Virus record (IMG/VR): IMGVR_UViG_3300026269_000197
Span: 1-60,579 of that record
Source of the DNA: a virus
Taxonomy: Duplodnaviria > Caudoviricetes
Length of the DNA stretch: 60,579 nucleotides
Direction: 5' to 3' (one strand)
Shown here: piece after piece, positions 7,268 to 17,800 of the stretch
How positions within the stretch are numbered: the first letter of the stretch is position 1
Layout: every line of letters starts with the position of its first letter
Position numbers and translations under genes: made by a program
The notes under the pieces: model-generated
What the model was told of the DNA's origin: nothing
Databases searched by the model: none
The model's input: only the letters and a program-made list of their open reading frames with translations

Positions 7268-9121
7268 ATGGCAAGCACCAAACTAGATATTTCGGAATTA
7301 GATTTTGACCAGATAAAAGCAAACTTAAAAGTATTTTTACAAAATCAAGCAGAATTTTCAGATTATAATTTTGAAGGTTCTGGTTTTTCTGTACTATTAG
7401 ATACACTAGCATACAATACACACTATCTAGGTTTCAATGCTAATATGTTAGCAAATGAAATGTATTTAGATTCTGCTGATGTAAGAGCTAATGTAGTTTC
7501 ACTTGCTAAAATGTTAGGTTATACTCCTTCTTCAGCAAAAGCTCCAACTGCTTCAGTTGACATTACCGTTAATGACGCAACAGGAACAACTTTGACAATG
7601 AATAAAGGTCAAACCTTTACAACTGCTGTTGATGGTACTGCTTACAACTATATTACTAATGATGAAATTACAATTACACCTGTTGATGGTGTATTTAAGT
7701 TTTCAAATGTAACCTTATATGAAGGAACACCAATTACATATAGATATACGGTTGATACGCAAGATCCCGACCAAAAGTTTTTAATACCTAGTGTTAATGC
7801 TGATACAACAACACTAAAAATAAAAGTTCAAACAAGTTTAACAGAAACAACTCAAACAACATATACTTCGGTTACAGGTTTAACAAAATTAACTGATACT
7901 TCTACCGTTTACTTTTTAAATGAAACAGAAACAGGTAAGTATTGTGTAACCTTTGGTGATGGTGTACTTGGTAAAAAATTATCAACAGGTAATATTGTTA
8001 TAATGGAATATATTGTTACCAATAAAGCAGAATCAAATGGTGCTAAGACATTTTCACCAGCAGGTAACATTGGAATGTTTTCAAACATATCAGTTTCAAC
8101 TACTTCTGTATCGCAAGGTGGTAGTGAATCAGAAACAAAAGAGAGTATTAGATTTAATGCTCCTTTACAATACTCAGCGCAAGATAGAGCAGTAACCACT
8201 TCTGATTATGAAACAAAAGTACAATCTTTATATCCAAATGCTATTGCTGTAAGTGCTTGGGGTGGTGAAGATGATGAAACACCAATTTATGGTGTTGTTA
8301 AAATTGCAATTAAGGCAGCTAGTGGTTCTACTTTAACTACTCAAACAAAAGCAGACATTGTTAATAAACTAAAAGAATATAATGTTGCTTCGGTTACTCC
8401 ACAAATAGTTGATCCTGAAACAACAAGTATAATATTATCTACAACTGCAAAATTTAATTCTTCAGCAACTACTAAAGACGCTGAAACATTAAAAGCAAAT
8501 ATTACAAGCAACTTAATTGCTTATAATGCTTCTACACTTCAAAAATTTGATAGTGTATTCAGACATAGTAAAGTTTCTACATTAATTGATAATGTTGATA
8601 GTTCAATATTGTCAAACATAACAACTTTAAAGATAAGAAAAGATTTAACACCTTCTATTGGTAGTTCATTAAAGTATAATGTATATTTTAGAAACGCATT
8701 ATACAATCCACATATGGGACATAACGCAACAGCAGGTGGTATACTATCTTCAACAGGTTTTAAAGTAAATGGTTATAGTGAAGAACAATTTTTAGATGAT
8801 GATGGTAATGGAATAGTAAGAAGATATTATTTGTCAGGTGCAACAAGAGTTTATTCAAACTCAACGCAAGGTACAATAGATTATACGACAGGTGCTATAA
8901 CAATTAATTCATTACAGGTGACATCAATTTCAAATATAAGAGGAAGTGCTTCAAGTGTTATAGAATTAACCGTGCAACCTGATTCCAAAGACATAGTACC
9001 AGTAAGAGACCAAATAATAGAAATAGATATTGCTAATTCTAATATTGCGGTTGAAAAAGATACTTTTGTTGCTGGAAGTTCAGACGCTGGAGTTGGTTAC
9101 ACTACAACAAGCTCTTACTAA
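7268..9121 (+). CDS. gp6: baseplate wedge subunit gp6
   Basis: LDFDQIK.NL, FSDYNFEGS, LAYNTHY, QDRAVT..DY, AWGGED motifs. Confidence 0.93.
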   Translation: MASTKLDISELDFDQIKANLKVFLQNQAEFSDYNFEGSGFSVLLDTLAYNTHYLGFNANMLANEMYLDSADVRANVVSLAKMLGYTPSSAKAPTASVDITVNDATGTTLTMNKGQTFTTAVDGTAYNYITNDEITITPVDGVFKFSNVTLYEGTPITYRYTVDTQDPDQKFLIPSVNADTTTLKIKVQTSLTETTQTTYTSVTGLTKLTDTSTVYFLNETETGKYCVTFGDGVLGKKLSTGNIVIMEYIVTNKAESNGAKTFSPAGNIGMFSNISVSTTSVSQGGSESETKESIRFNAPLQYSAQDRAVTTSDYETKVQSLYPNAIAVSAWGGEDDETPIYGVVKIAIKAASGSTLTTQTKADIVNKLKEYNVASVTPQIVDPETTSIILSTTAKFNSSATTKDAETLKANITSNLIAYNASTLQKFDSVFRHSKVSTLIDNVDSSILSNITTLKIRKDLTPSIGSSLKYNVYFRNALYNPHMGHNATAGGILSSTGFKVNGYSEEQFLDDDGNGIVRRYYLSGATRVYSNSTQGTIDYTTGAITINSLQVTSISNIRGSASSVIELTVQPDSKDIVPVRDQIIEIDIANSNIAVEKDTFVAGSSDAGVGYTTTSSY

Positions 9122-9124
9122 TAA

Positions 9125-11680
9125 ATGGCAAAGTTTACTAAAAAGATTACCAGTCTTATTCAAGGTCAGGTACCTGAATTTGTAATATCAGACCATCCTC
9201 AATTTGTAGAATTTCTAAAAGCATATTTTACATTTATGGAATGTGCTGAATTAGGTATTACTGAATCTCAATCAACAGAAGGTATCTTATTAGAAACAGA
9301 AACAGGTCAATCTAACAAATTATTGTTGGACGCAAGTAGACTTGGTTCAGAAGCAACTCAAATAGACGCTGGCGATAAAGTTTTACAAGAAACTTCCACT
9401 TATGGAAAATTTACTTTCGGCGAAATCATAAAAGGTCAAACTTCTAATGCTCAAACTGCTATATTAGCAGAAGATTTAAAAAATAATAGATTATTCATAA
9501 ATGCAAATGATAAATTTATAGATGGTGAGACAATTGTTGGTTTAACTTCTGGTGCTTCAGGTATTGCAGGAAGTTATAGACCAAATCCAGTAAAATCAAT
9601 CCAAGAATTATTAAACTTTAGGGATCCCGATAAAGTTATACAACATTTCTTATCTCAATTTAGAAACGAAGTCTTAAATACAATTCCAGAAGACTTACAC
9701 GGTGATATTAACAAAAGAGAATTAATTAAAAGAGTAAAAACTTTATATCGTACTAAAGGGACTGCAAAAGGACACGAATTATTTTTTAGATTGTTATTTG
9801 GTGAGAATTCAGAAATATTTTATCCAAAAGAACAAATGTTAAGAGTATCAGATGGAGAGTTTACTTCTAACCAAGTTTTAAGAACAATTAATAGTGTAGG
9901 TAACACAGGAGATTTAGTTGGTAGACAAATTACAGGTTTAACTTCTGGTGCAACTGCAATTATAGAAAATTTAAATAGATTCCAAATTGGAGACAAACTT
10001 GTATCAGAATTATTATTAAACCAAGATAGTATTGTTGGAACTTTTCAAGTTAATGAAATAGTTAGAGGAACAAAAACAGATACCGATGATGTTTACATTA
10101 AAGCTGAGGTTACTGGTGTTCCTGGAACATTTACAATAACAAATGATGGTGCAAACTATATTAAAGGAGACCAAGTTAAACTTTCAGGTGGTGGACAAGG
10201 TTCAATCTGTCAAGTTGGAGAAGTTGGTGGTTCTGGAATAACAAATTTCTATATTAACGCTTCTGGTACACAATATCAAATAGGTGACCAATTAGTTTTT
10301 GATAATGCAAATACAAATGGTGGTGGAGCTGTTGCTGAAGTTGCTGTTGCTAATGGAGCAATTGGTAATGAAACAGGTGACGATGGACATATACTTTTTG
10401 AAACTGCAACAAGCAGATATGATATTAACCCAGGCAGTAAAATAGTTTTAGAAAATGGAGTAGGTGATATTACAGATATAAGATTAATTAATAGTGGTTC
10501 TGGTTATACAAAAACACCTTTGGTTACTATTAATAGTTTAAATGGAGTTAACGCTGAAGTACTTTCATATGGAGACGAAATTGGAAAATTATTAGGAATT
10601 GATATAATAGAAAGTGGTCGTTCACACGAACAAGCGTCAACACCTCCAGCAGTTCAGTTTATAGAATCAATTATTGCGTTAAGTACAAATGGAAACTATG
10701 TAGTTGGCGAAACAATTACTGGTTCTTCTTCTAGTGCAACTGGTGTTGTAGTAAGTTGGGATGCTAATAGAAAATTATTAAGATTAAAAGATAGAAATGC
10801 TAATTCCTTTTCTGTAGATGAAACTATAACAGGTGGTCTTTCAGGTACAACTGGTTTAATGGGAAAAACAGACCCAGCAGTTGCAACGATTGATGTTGTT
10901 GGATTAGCAACAAGTGAAGGTAGATATGTTTCAGAAGACGGACACTTATCAGAAACAACAATGAAGATACAAGATAGTTTATACTATCAGGACTTCTCAT
11001 ATGTTGTTAAAGTAGGTCGTACTATTAATGAATGGCGAGACGCATTTAAAAAGACAATGCACCCTGCTGGTTTCTACTTTACAGGACAAGTTAATATTGA
11101 ATTAAAATTAGATAACAGAATTAAAATGCCTGTTGTTGGTAGGGTTACTGGTATTACTTCAAGTCCTTGGATTACATTAATGAACACATTGTTTGGTAGT
11201 GTATTTGGTAGAAGATTAGGAACAAAAACTGATGGTTCAACTTTAAGAAGTAATCCACTTGAAGGAAAAGCTGCTGATGTTGCCCAAGGAGGTAAATCTC
11301 CTTTCTCAACAACAACTAGGGATGTTACCTTAACACAAACTCCAATATCGTATTCTTTTCAATTTAAACCATTTTATTATTTCAGAACAATCAATACAAA
11401 CTTCGGTTCTGTATATGCTGGACCAAGATTAAGAGAATTTGATAGAAGATTCCAAGGTATGATTAATACAAGTGCTATGAATTGGGCAAGAGTAAAAGAT
11501 TTGAGAGTAATAGGTTCTAATACGCCTGCTGATGGAACAGAAGTTCAATTTGGCGATTTAGCAACTATAGCAAAGACTTATATTACTTTGCCTGTTGAGG
11601 TTTTAGTGCCTCAAGGCAAGTTTAGTAATACAAGTAAGAAATTTAGTAGTGGTACTGCTACTTTTGACGCAAGCTCATAA
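9125..11680 (+). CDS. gp7: baseplate wedge initiator gp7-like
   Basis: QVPEFV..DHPQFVEFLKAYF, LYRTKGT..G..LFFRLLF, IQDS.YYQDFSYV, HPAG; follows gp6. Confidence 0.85.
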   Translation: MAKFTKKITSLIQGQVPEFVISDHPQFVEFLKAYFTFMECAELGITESQSTEGILLETETGQSNKLLLDASRLGSEATQIDAGDKVLQETSTYGKFTFGEIIKGQTSNAQTAILAEDLKNNRLFINANDKFIDGETIVGLTSGASGIAGSYRPNPVKSIQELLNFRDPDKVIQHFLSQFRNEVLNTIPEDLHGDINKRELIKRVKTLYRTKGTAKGHELFFRLLFGENSEIFYPKEQMLRVSDGEFTSNQVLRTINSVGNTGDLVGRQITGLTSGATAIIENLNRFQIGDKLVSELLLNQDSIVGTFQVNEIVRGTKTDTDDVYIKAEVTGVPGTFTITNDGANYIKGDQVKLSGGGQGSICQVGEVGGSGITNFYINASGTQYQIGDQLVFDNANTNGGGAVAEVAVANGAIGNETGDDGHILFETATSRYDINPGSKIVLENGVGDITDIRLINSGSGYTKTPLVTINSLNGVNAEVLSYGDEIGKLLGIDIIESGRSHEQASTPPAVQFIESIIALSTNGNYVVGETITGSSSSATGVVVSWDANRKLLRLKDRNANSFSVDETITGGLSGTTGLMGKTDPAVATIDVVGLATSEGRYVSEDGHLSETTMKIQDSLYYQDFSYVVKVGRTINEWRDAFKKTMHPAGFYFTGQVNIELKLDNRIKMPVVGRVTGITSSPWITLMNTLFGSVFGRRLGTKTDGSTLRSNPLEGKAADVAQGGKSPFSTTTRDVTLTQTPISYSFQFKPFYYFRTINTNFGSVYAGPRLREFDRRFQGMINTSAMNWARVKDLRVIGSNTPADGTEVQFGDLATIAKTYITLPVEVLVPQGKFSNTSKKFSSGTATFDASS

Positions 11681-11688
11681 AGATGGCG

Positions 11689-11696
11689 TATAAATA
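11689..11696 (+). promoter_or_regulatory. T4-type late promoter
   Basis: TATAAATA upstream of 11719. Confidence 0.8.
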
Positions 11697-11718
11697 TTAG
11701 AATAATAGGAAAAGAGAT

Positions 11719-13356
11719 ATGGCAAAGCAAACAATAAATCTAGGTAGTTCTCCAAATGACGGAACAGGTGATAATCTTCGTGTCGGTGGTGATAAAATTA
11801 ATGATAATATAAATGAATTATATACAGCACTAGGAGACGGTTCAGATTTAAAAATTGTAGTATCAGGAGCTTCTTCAAACCAAATTTTACAATGGTCTAC
11901 GACTAATAGTAGATTTGAACCAACAAACTCGGCAGCTGCTGGAGACATATCAGTTGACTTAACTCCACAACTTGGTGGTGATTTAGATGTAAACGGAAAC
12001 AAAATTGTTTCTGCTTCAAATGGAGATATTGAATTAATCCCACACGGTACAGGAAAAATTAAATTAGATACACTAACATTTCCAACTTCTGCTGGAACAT
12101 CAAACTATGTACTTGCAACAGACGGCGCAAGTGCAATGTTTTGGAAACAAGTAGGAAGTACAATTACTCTTTCTGCTGATATTGGTACTAATGATACATT
12201 TACGGTAGGCGATACACTTAACTTTGGTGGTGGTAGTGGAATATCAACAACCGTATCAGACGACAATATTTCAATTGCAATTAATAACACGGTTGCTACA
12301 TTAACAGATTCACAAACACTTTCAAACAAAACTTATGATGACCCAGCTTTAACTGGAGTGTCAACAGGAAATATTAAATTAAGATGTGCTACACTAGGTT
12401 CATTTATTGCTCAAGGTGCTAATGCTCTTGCAAGTTTTGAAGCTGCTAGTGCTTACCCAGGTGCTTTTGCTGTTGATACATCAACTCACAAAGGTTACCT
12501 TGCTTCTAATAATGCTTGGAACGAAATCGCAACTACATTATCATCAATTGATATTTTTGCTGATGTAAATACGACAACTGCAACTCCAACAAACGGACAA
12601 GTACTTACTTGGGTTTCTGGAAGTTCAGATTGGAGACCTACATCTATTGTTTCAGAATTATCAGATGACGCAAGTCCAGTACTAGGTGCTGGTTTAGATA
12701 CTGCTGGATTTACAATTTCAGGAACAGGTAAATTAGATTTAACTGGTTCTGGTTCAAAAGCAAGATACGATTTTACAAATACTGCTGGTTTACCAACGGC
12801 AGCTACTTATACTGGTATGTTCGCTGTAACCACAAGTGATAGTAAAGCTCACTTTGCTACAGGTTCTGGTTGGATAAACATTATAACAGAAAACGATAGT
12901 GTTGATAGACTATCAGATGTTGATACTACTACGGTTACTCCAGTTTATGGACAAGTATTAGTATATGAAAATGTTAGTGGTACTGGAAGATGGAGACCTA
13001 ATGATTATGTCCCTGCTTCTAAAGTAGCAGCTAATTTTAATGTATCTAATAACGGTTCAACAGACTTTACATTTACAGGTGATGGATTTACTACTCATAA
13101 TAGTGGTGGTTCGCAAAATGATCCTGTACTTTATTTAAAGAAAGGACATACATACACTTTTACGGTATCTAGTGGTGCTTCACATCCGTTTGAAATAAGA
13201 ACGGCAAGTGGTGGAAGTGCATATGGATTTGGTGTAGATAATAACTCAACAGGTAGTGGAACAATAACTTTCTGCGTACCAATGAATGCTCCATCAACAT
13301 TATATTACCAATGTACAAATCATAGTGGAATGGGAAATACAATAAACATATCTTAA
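11719..13356 (+). CDS. baseplate/tail-fibre connector (gp9/gp10-like N-terminus) with C-terminal cupredoxin-like domain
   Basis: MAKQTINLG..PNDGTGD.LR.GG.KIN.N..ELY N-terminus; fibre repeats; C-terminal HPF...YYQCTNHSGM. Confidence 0.75.
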   Translation: MAKQTINLGSSPNDGTGDNLRVGGDKINDNINELYTALGDGSDLKIVVSGASSNQILQWSTTNSRFEPTNSAAAGDISVDLTPQLGGDLDVNGNKIVSASNGDIELIPHGTGKIKLDTLTFPTSAGTSNYVLATDGASAMFWKQVGSTITLSADIGTNDTFTVGDTLNFGGGSGISTTVSDDNISIAINNTVATLTDSQTLSNKTYDDPALTGVSTGNIKLRCATLGSFIAQGANALASFEAASAYPGAFAVDTSTHKGYLASNNAWNEIATTLSSIDIFADVNTTTATPTNGQVLTWVSGSSDWRPTSIVSELSDDASPVLGAGLDTAGFTISGTGKLDLTGSGSKARYDFTNTAGLPTAATYTGMFAVTTSDSKAHFATGSGWINIITENDSVDRLSDVDTTTVTPVYGQVLVYENVSGTGRWRPNDYVPASKVAANFNVSNNGSTDFTFTGDGFTTHNSGGSQNDPVLYLKKGHTYTFTVSSGASHPFEIRTASGGSAYGFGVDNNSTGSGTITFCVPMNAPSTLYYQCTNHSGMGNTINIS

Positions 13357-13366
13357 TGGGAAGATG

Positions 13367-13374
13367 TATAAATA
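13367..13374 (+). promoter_or_regulatory. T4-type late promoter
   Basis: TATAAATA upstream of gp8. Confidence 0.8.
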
Positions 13375-13398
13375 GTACAAAGAAACAGGAAACAAACA

Positions 13399-14862
13399 AT
13401 GCCAGCGATTATAACAAGTAAATTTAGACGAAATAATGCTCAACAATTTGAGGAATCTTTTGGTGAAGCAAGTCCAAATGTCTATTACCTAGGAATAGGA
13501 AAACCTTCTGCTTTTGGAACTAAAGATAGAGCAGATGGAAGAACAGATAACATAGGAACTGATTCAGCTCCTATTACACCAGCCGATTCAGTACAAGATG
13601 AGTATGATACTTTTGATGATTTACTGGCTGCTAAAAAAATTACTGCTTCAGATGTAGCTTTTGCTGCTCCAAGAATAAATTGGACATCTGGAACAACTTA
13701 CGATATTTACAGACACGACTATGGAAACAGAATAACAGGAACTACTAATGTTCAAACTGCTAATAGTGGTGCAACGAATTTATATGACGCAAATTTCTAT
13801 GCGATGAATTCAAACTTTAAAGTCTATAAATGTTTAGACAACGATAACAATTCTGCTTCAACGGTTGAACCAACAGGAGAAAGTGTTAATATATTAGAAA
13901 CTTCAGATAACTACAAGTGGAAATATATGTTCACTTTATCTGCAAGTGCTCAAGCTAATTTCTTATCAACAGACTTTATGGGAGTTTCAACAAACTCAGC
14001 GGTAACAAGTGCTGCTGTAGATGGAGATTTATCAATTTTAAAAATTAAATCAGCAGGTACAGGTGGTACTGATGGTACACATACAGGTATCGCAATTAGA
14101 GGAGATGGTACTGGCGGAACTTGTTCAATAACTATTGCTTCAGGTGCGGTTACAAATGCTGTGGTTACTGGAACACCAGTTAACTATTCTTTTGGATATG
14201 TTAGAATGGCAGATATAAATGCTGCTGGTGGTGGAAGTTTATCTGGTGCTGAAATAGATGTAATAGCAGAACCAAAAGGTGGACACGGTTCAGACCCATT
14301 TGAAGAATTAGGTGCTTACTTTATAATACTTAATACTTCTTTTGAAGGTGCTGAAACTGCAAACTCTGGAGACTTTGCTACACAAAACGATTTTAGAAGA
14401 GTTGCTTTAATTAGAGACCCTAAATCTGGTGGTTCAGCTGCTAGTACAACAACTTTAAGAGGAACTAAAGCAATTAGATTTAATTCAGGTGCAGGAACTT
14501 TTACTGCTGATGAAAAAATTACACAAACAAATACAGGTGCTATTGGTAAAGTTGTTCAATGGGATGCTGCTAATTTAATTTTATTTTATACACAAACAAG
14601 ATATACTAACGAAGGTGTTGACGCAAATGGCAATATGACTGCTTTTTCAGGAACCAATGTGGTTACTGGAGATAGTGCAAGTACACCAACAGGAACTCCA
14701 ACAGGCACAACTGAAACGGTTAACAATGTTTCTTTAGTTTCAGGTTATTCTGCTTCTGAATTAGACGCTGACTCTGGCGATGTAATGTACATTGAAAATA
14801 GAGCACCAGTAACCAGAAGTGTTGACCAAACGGAGAATGTTAAGTTAATCATAGAATTTTAA
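13399..14862 (+). CDS. gp8: baseplate wedge subunit gp8
   Basis: MPAIIT..FR, VYKCLDN, YKWKYM, PKGGHG....ELG, YIENR.P..R..DQTE..KLIIEF. Confidence 0.88.
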   Translation: MPAIITSKFRRNNAQQFEESFGEASPNVYYLGIGKPSAFGTKDRADGRTDNIGTDSAPITPADSVQDEYDTFDDLLAAKKITASDVAFAAPRINWTSGTTYDIYRHDYGNRITGTTNVQTANSGATNLYDANFYAMNSNFKVYKCLDNDNNSASTVEPTGESVNILETSDNYKWKYMFTLSASAQANFLSTDFMGVSTNSAVTSAAVDGDLSILKIKSAGTGGTDGTHTGIAIRGDGTGGTCSITIASGAVTNAVVTGTPVNYSFGYVRMADINAAGGGSLSGAEIDVIAEPKGGHGSDPFEELGAYFIILNTSFEGAETANSGDFATQNDFRRVALIRDPKSGGSAASTTTLRGTKAIRFNSGAGTFTADEKITQTNTGAIGKVVQWDAANLILFYTQTRYTNEGVDANGNMTAFSGTNVVTGDSASTPTGTPTGTTETVNNVSLVSGYSASELDADSGDVMYIENRAPVTRSVDQTENVKLIIEF

Positions 14863-14874
14863 CGAGGGAAATAA

Positions 14875-17800
14875 ATGCCAAGTCCAACTGACTTTAATCT
14901 CTCGCCTTATTATGATGATTTCTCGGAAAGCAAAAGCTTTCATAGAATATTATTCAGACCAGCTTTCGCTGTACAGGCAAGAGAGTTAACACAATCACAA
15001 TCTATACTACAAAACCAGATTGAAAAATTTGGAGACCACATATTTAAGAGTGGTGCTCAAATGATACCTGGTGAGATTACTTATGACTTACAATACTATT
15101 CAGTTAAGTTAACTTCATTTACAGGAACAACTACACTTTCAGATTTTGAAGGATTAACTTTAGTAGGACAAACTTCTGCTGTTGAAGCTAAAGTTATGGC
15201 AAGTGATATTGCAACTTCAACTGACCCAAATACTTTATACATCAAATATACAAAAACTGGTGTAGGTAATACTACAAAAGATTTTGTTGCTGGTGAATCA
15301 ATGGTTGCAACACACGGTACTTTAGGTAATCTAACTGCTGTATGTACATCTTCACATATTGGTTCAGCTGCTTCAGTTGCTTCTGGAACTTATTACATTA
15401 ATGGTTTTGCTGTTGGTGTTGACCAACAAACAATCGTATTAGACAAATATACAAACACTCCAAGTTATAGAATTGGATTATCTATAGCTGAAAGTTTTGT
15501 AACCCCAAACAATGACGCTTCACTTGTAGATAATGCTCAAGGTTCTTCAAACGCAAACGCTCCAGGTGCTCACAGATTTAAAATTTCATTAACACTTGCT
15601 AAACTTGCTTTAACTTCTATTGAAGATTCAAACTTTATAGAATTATTAAGATTAAGTGATGGTGCTTTACAAAATAAAGTTAGAAGTTCAGAATACGGAG
15701 TATTAGAAGATACTTTTGCTCGTAGAACATATGACGAAAGTGGTGACTATACCGTAAGACCTTTTGATTTAGATGTTAGAGAACATTTAATTTCTGGAGA
15801 TAATAGAGGTATCTATACTTCTGCAAATGGTGGTGACGCTACTAAACTTGCACTAGGATTATCTCCTGGAAAAGCATATGTTAAAGGATACGAAATAGAT
15901 AAAGTAGGAACAGAATTTATTACAATAGATAAGGCAAGAACATTTGGAAGTGAAAATGGTTTCCCTACAAAATTTGATGTAGGAAATTTTGTTAATGTAT
16001 CTAATGTTTATGGTTCTCCAGATGTAAATTTTATAACAGGAAAAGTAGAAGCTTATAAAGCATTACAATTAAAACTTTCTTCACCTTCTTATACAGCAGG
16101 AACAATTACTGCAAACAACGAAAATTTAGTATTAGATATTGGTCGTGCTAAATCTAAAGGATTTGAATATAACGCAAGTACAAGTTCAGCAATATCTGGT
16201 GCAGGAGCTGTAGCTCCACAAACAACTGAAATTTTTAAACACTTCTTATTTGATATAGAAATGTTTAGTCATATAGGTATCACAACTAACACAGCATTTA
16301 CAACTGGAGAGAAACTAACTGGTTCAACTTCTGGTGCAACTGGTGTTGTAGAAAATGTATCTACTGGAACAACTGCTACAATCGCTTCATCTACAGCAGC
16401 TAATCCTGTTGTTATAACAATGACTGCTGATTTAGATATTAGAAATGGTGACGCAATAAAAATTACTGGTGTTACCACACAAACAGAATTAAATAACAAT
16501 ACTTACTATGTTCAACAAAAAATAGGTGGTACTGCAAAAAGAGATTTCCAATTACTTGATAGTACAGGTACTCTTGTTGACGGAACTGCTCACACAGGTG
16601 CTGGTACAGGTGGTTCAGCTCAAACTGGAAAAGTAGTTATATCAAATGTACAAGGAGAATTTTCTGATGGCGAAACAATTACAGGTGGCACTTCTTCTAA
16701 TACTGCTATCGTAAAAACAAGTGTAATTGGTAATAGAGGATTTACAAGTTATGGTTCTAGTGATATAAAAGAAATTACAATGGCAGGAACTCCAAACTAT
16801 ACTGCTCAAACAGAATTATCAACTGCTTATGGAGACAATCAACAACTATCTGGTTCAATTTCAGTATCAGGTGGTGGACAAGATGTAGTAGGTTTCAGTA
16901 CTAAATTTGATACAGAATTAAAAGTTGGAGATTCACTTCAATTTGCTGATACAGGCGGAACAATTACAACAAGAGAAGTTTTAGAAATTAAAACTTCTTC
17001 ATCATTAACACTTGCAAGTGCTATTGGTGGAACTGCTGTATCAAACTCAATCGCTATAAGACGAAGAGCAAAATTACAAGAAGCTGATAAAAATATTGCT
17101 ATCTTTGAATTACCTTATAGTACAATTAAAACATTAAAAACAGAAACAAACTCTGGTATTGCTGATACCTTATTTACGGTTAGAAAAACTTTTGTTGGAA
17201 CATTAACTTCAACAGGAGATATTACTATTACAGCAAATACAGGAGAGACTTTCCTTTCTCAATCAGAAAGAGACTATTCAGTAACCATAATGTCAAAAGG
17301 TGGTTCTTCTTCTGCTGGTAATGTTGGAGATAAATTATCTACAACTGGAAACCAACACGAAGGTGACGCTGCTTTTACTTTATCTGGTTCACCTGTTGGT
17401 CGTACATTAACTTTAGATTTTGGAGCTAACCATCAAGGACACGAAGTAAAAATTATTGGAACATTAAGTAAATCAGCACAAAACGAAAAAACAAAAACAT
17501 TAACTTCAAATGCTACTACAACTATTACAACTCAAGCGGCGTGTGAGGCAAATGTTATTGGTTTAGGTAAGGCAGATATTTACTCACTTGCTTCTGTACA
17601 TATGGCAGCTGATTTCAGTACAACTCCAACAACTAGTGATACAGATATTACAAGTAGATTTACTTTAGATAATGGTCAAAGAGATAACTACTATGATATT
17701 GGAAGATTAAAAAGAGTTGATGGAAGTTTAAATCCAACAGGACAATTATTAATTACATTTAACTATTTCACACACGGTAATGGAGATTTCTTTAGTGTAG

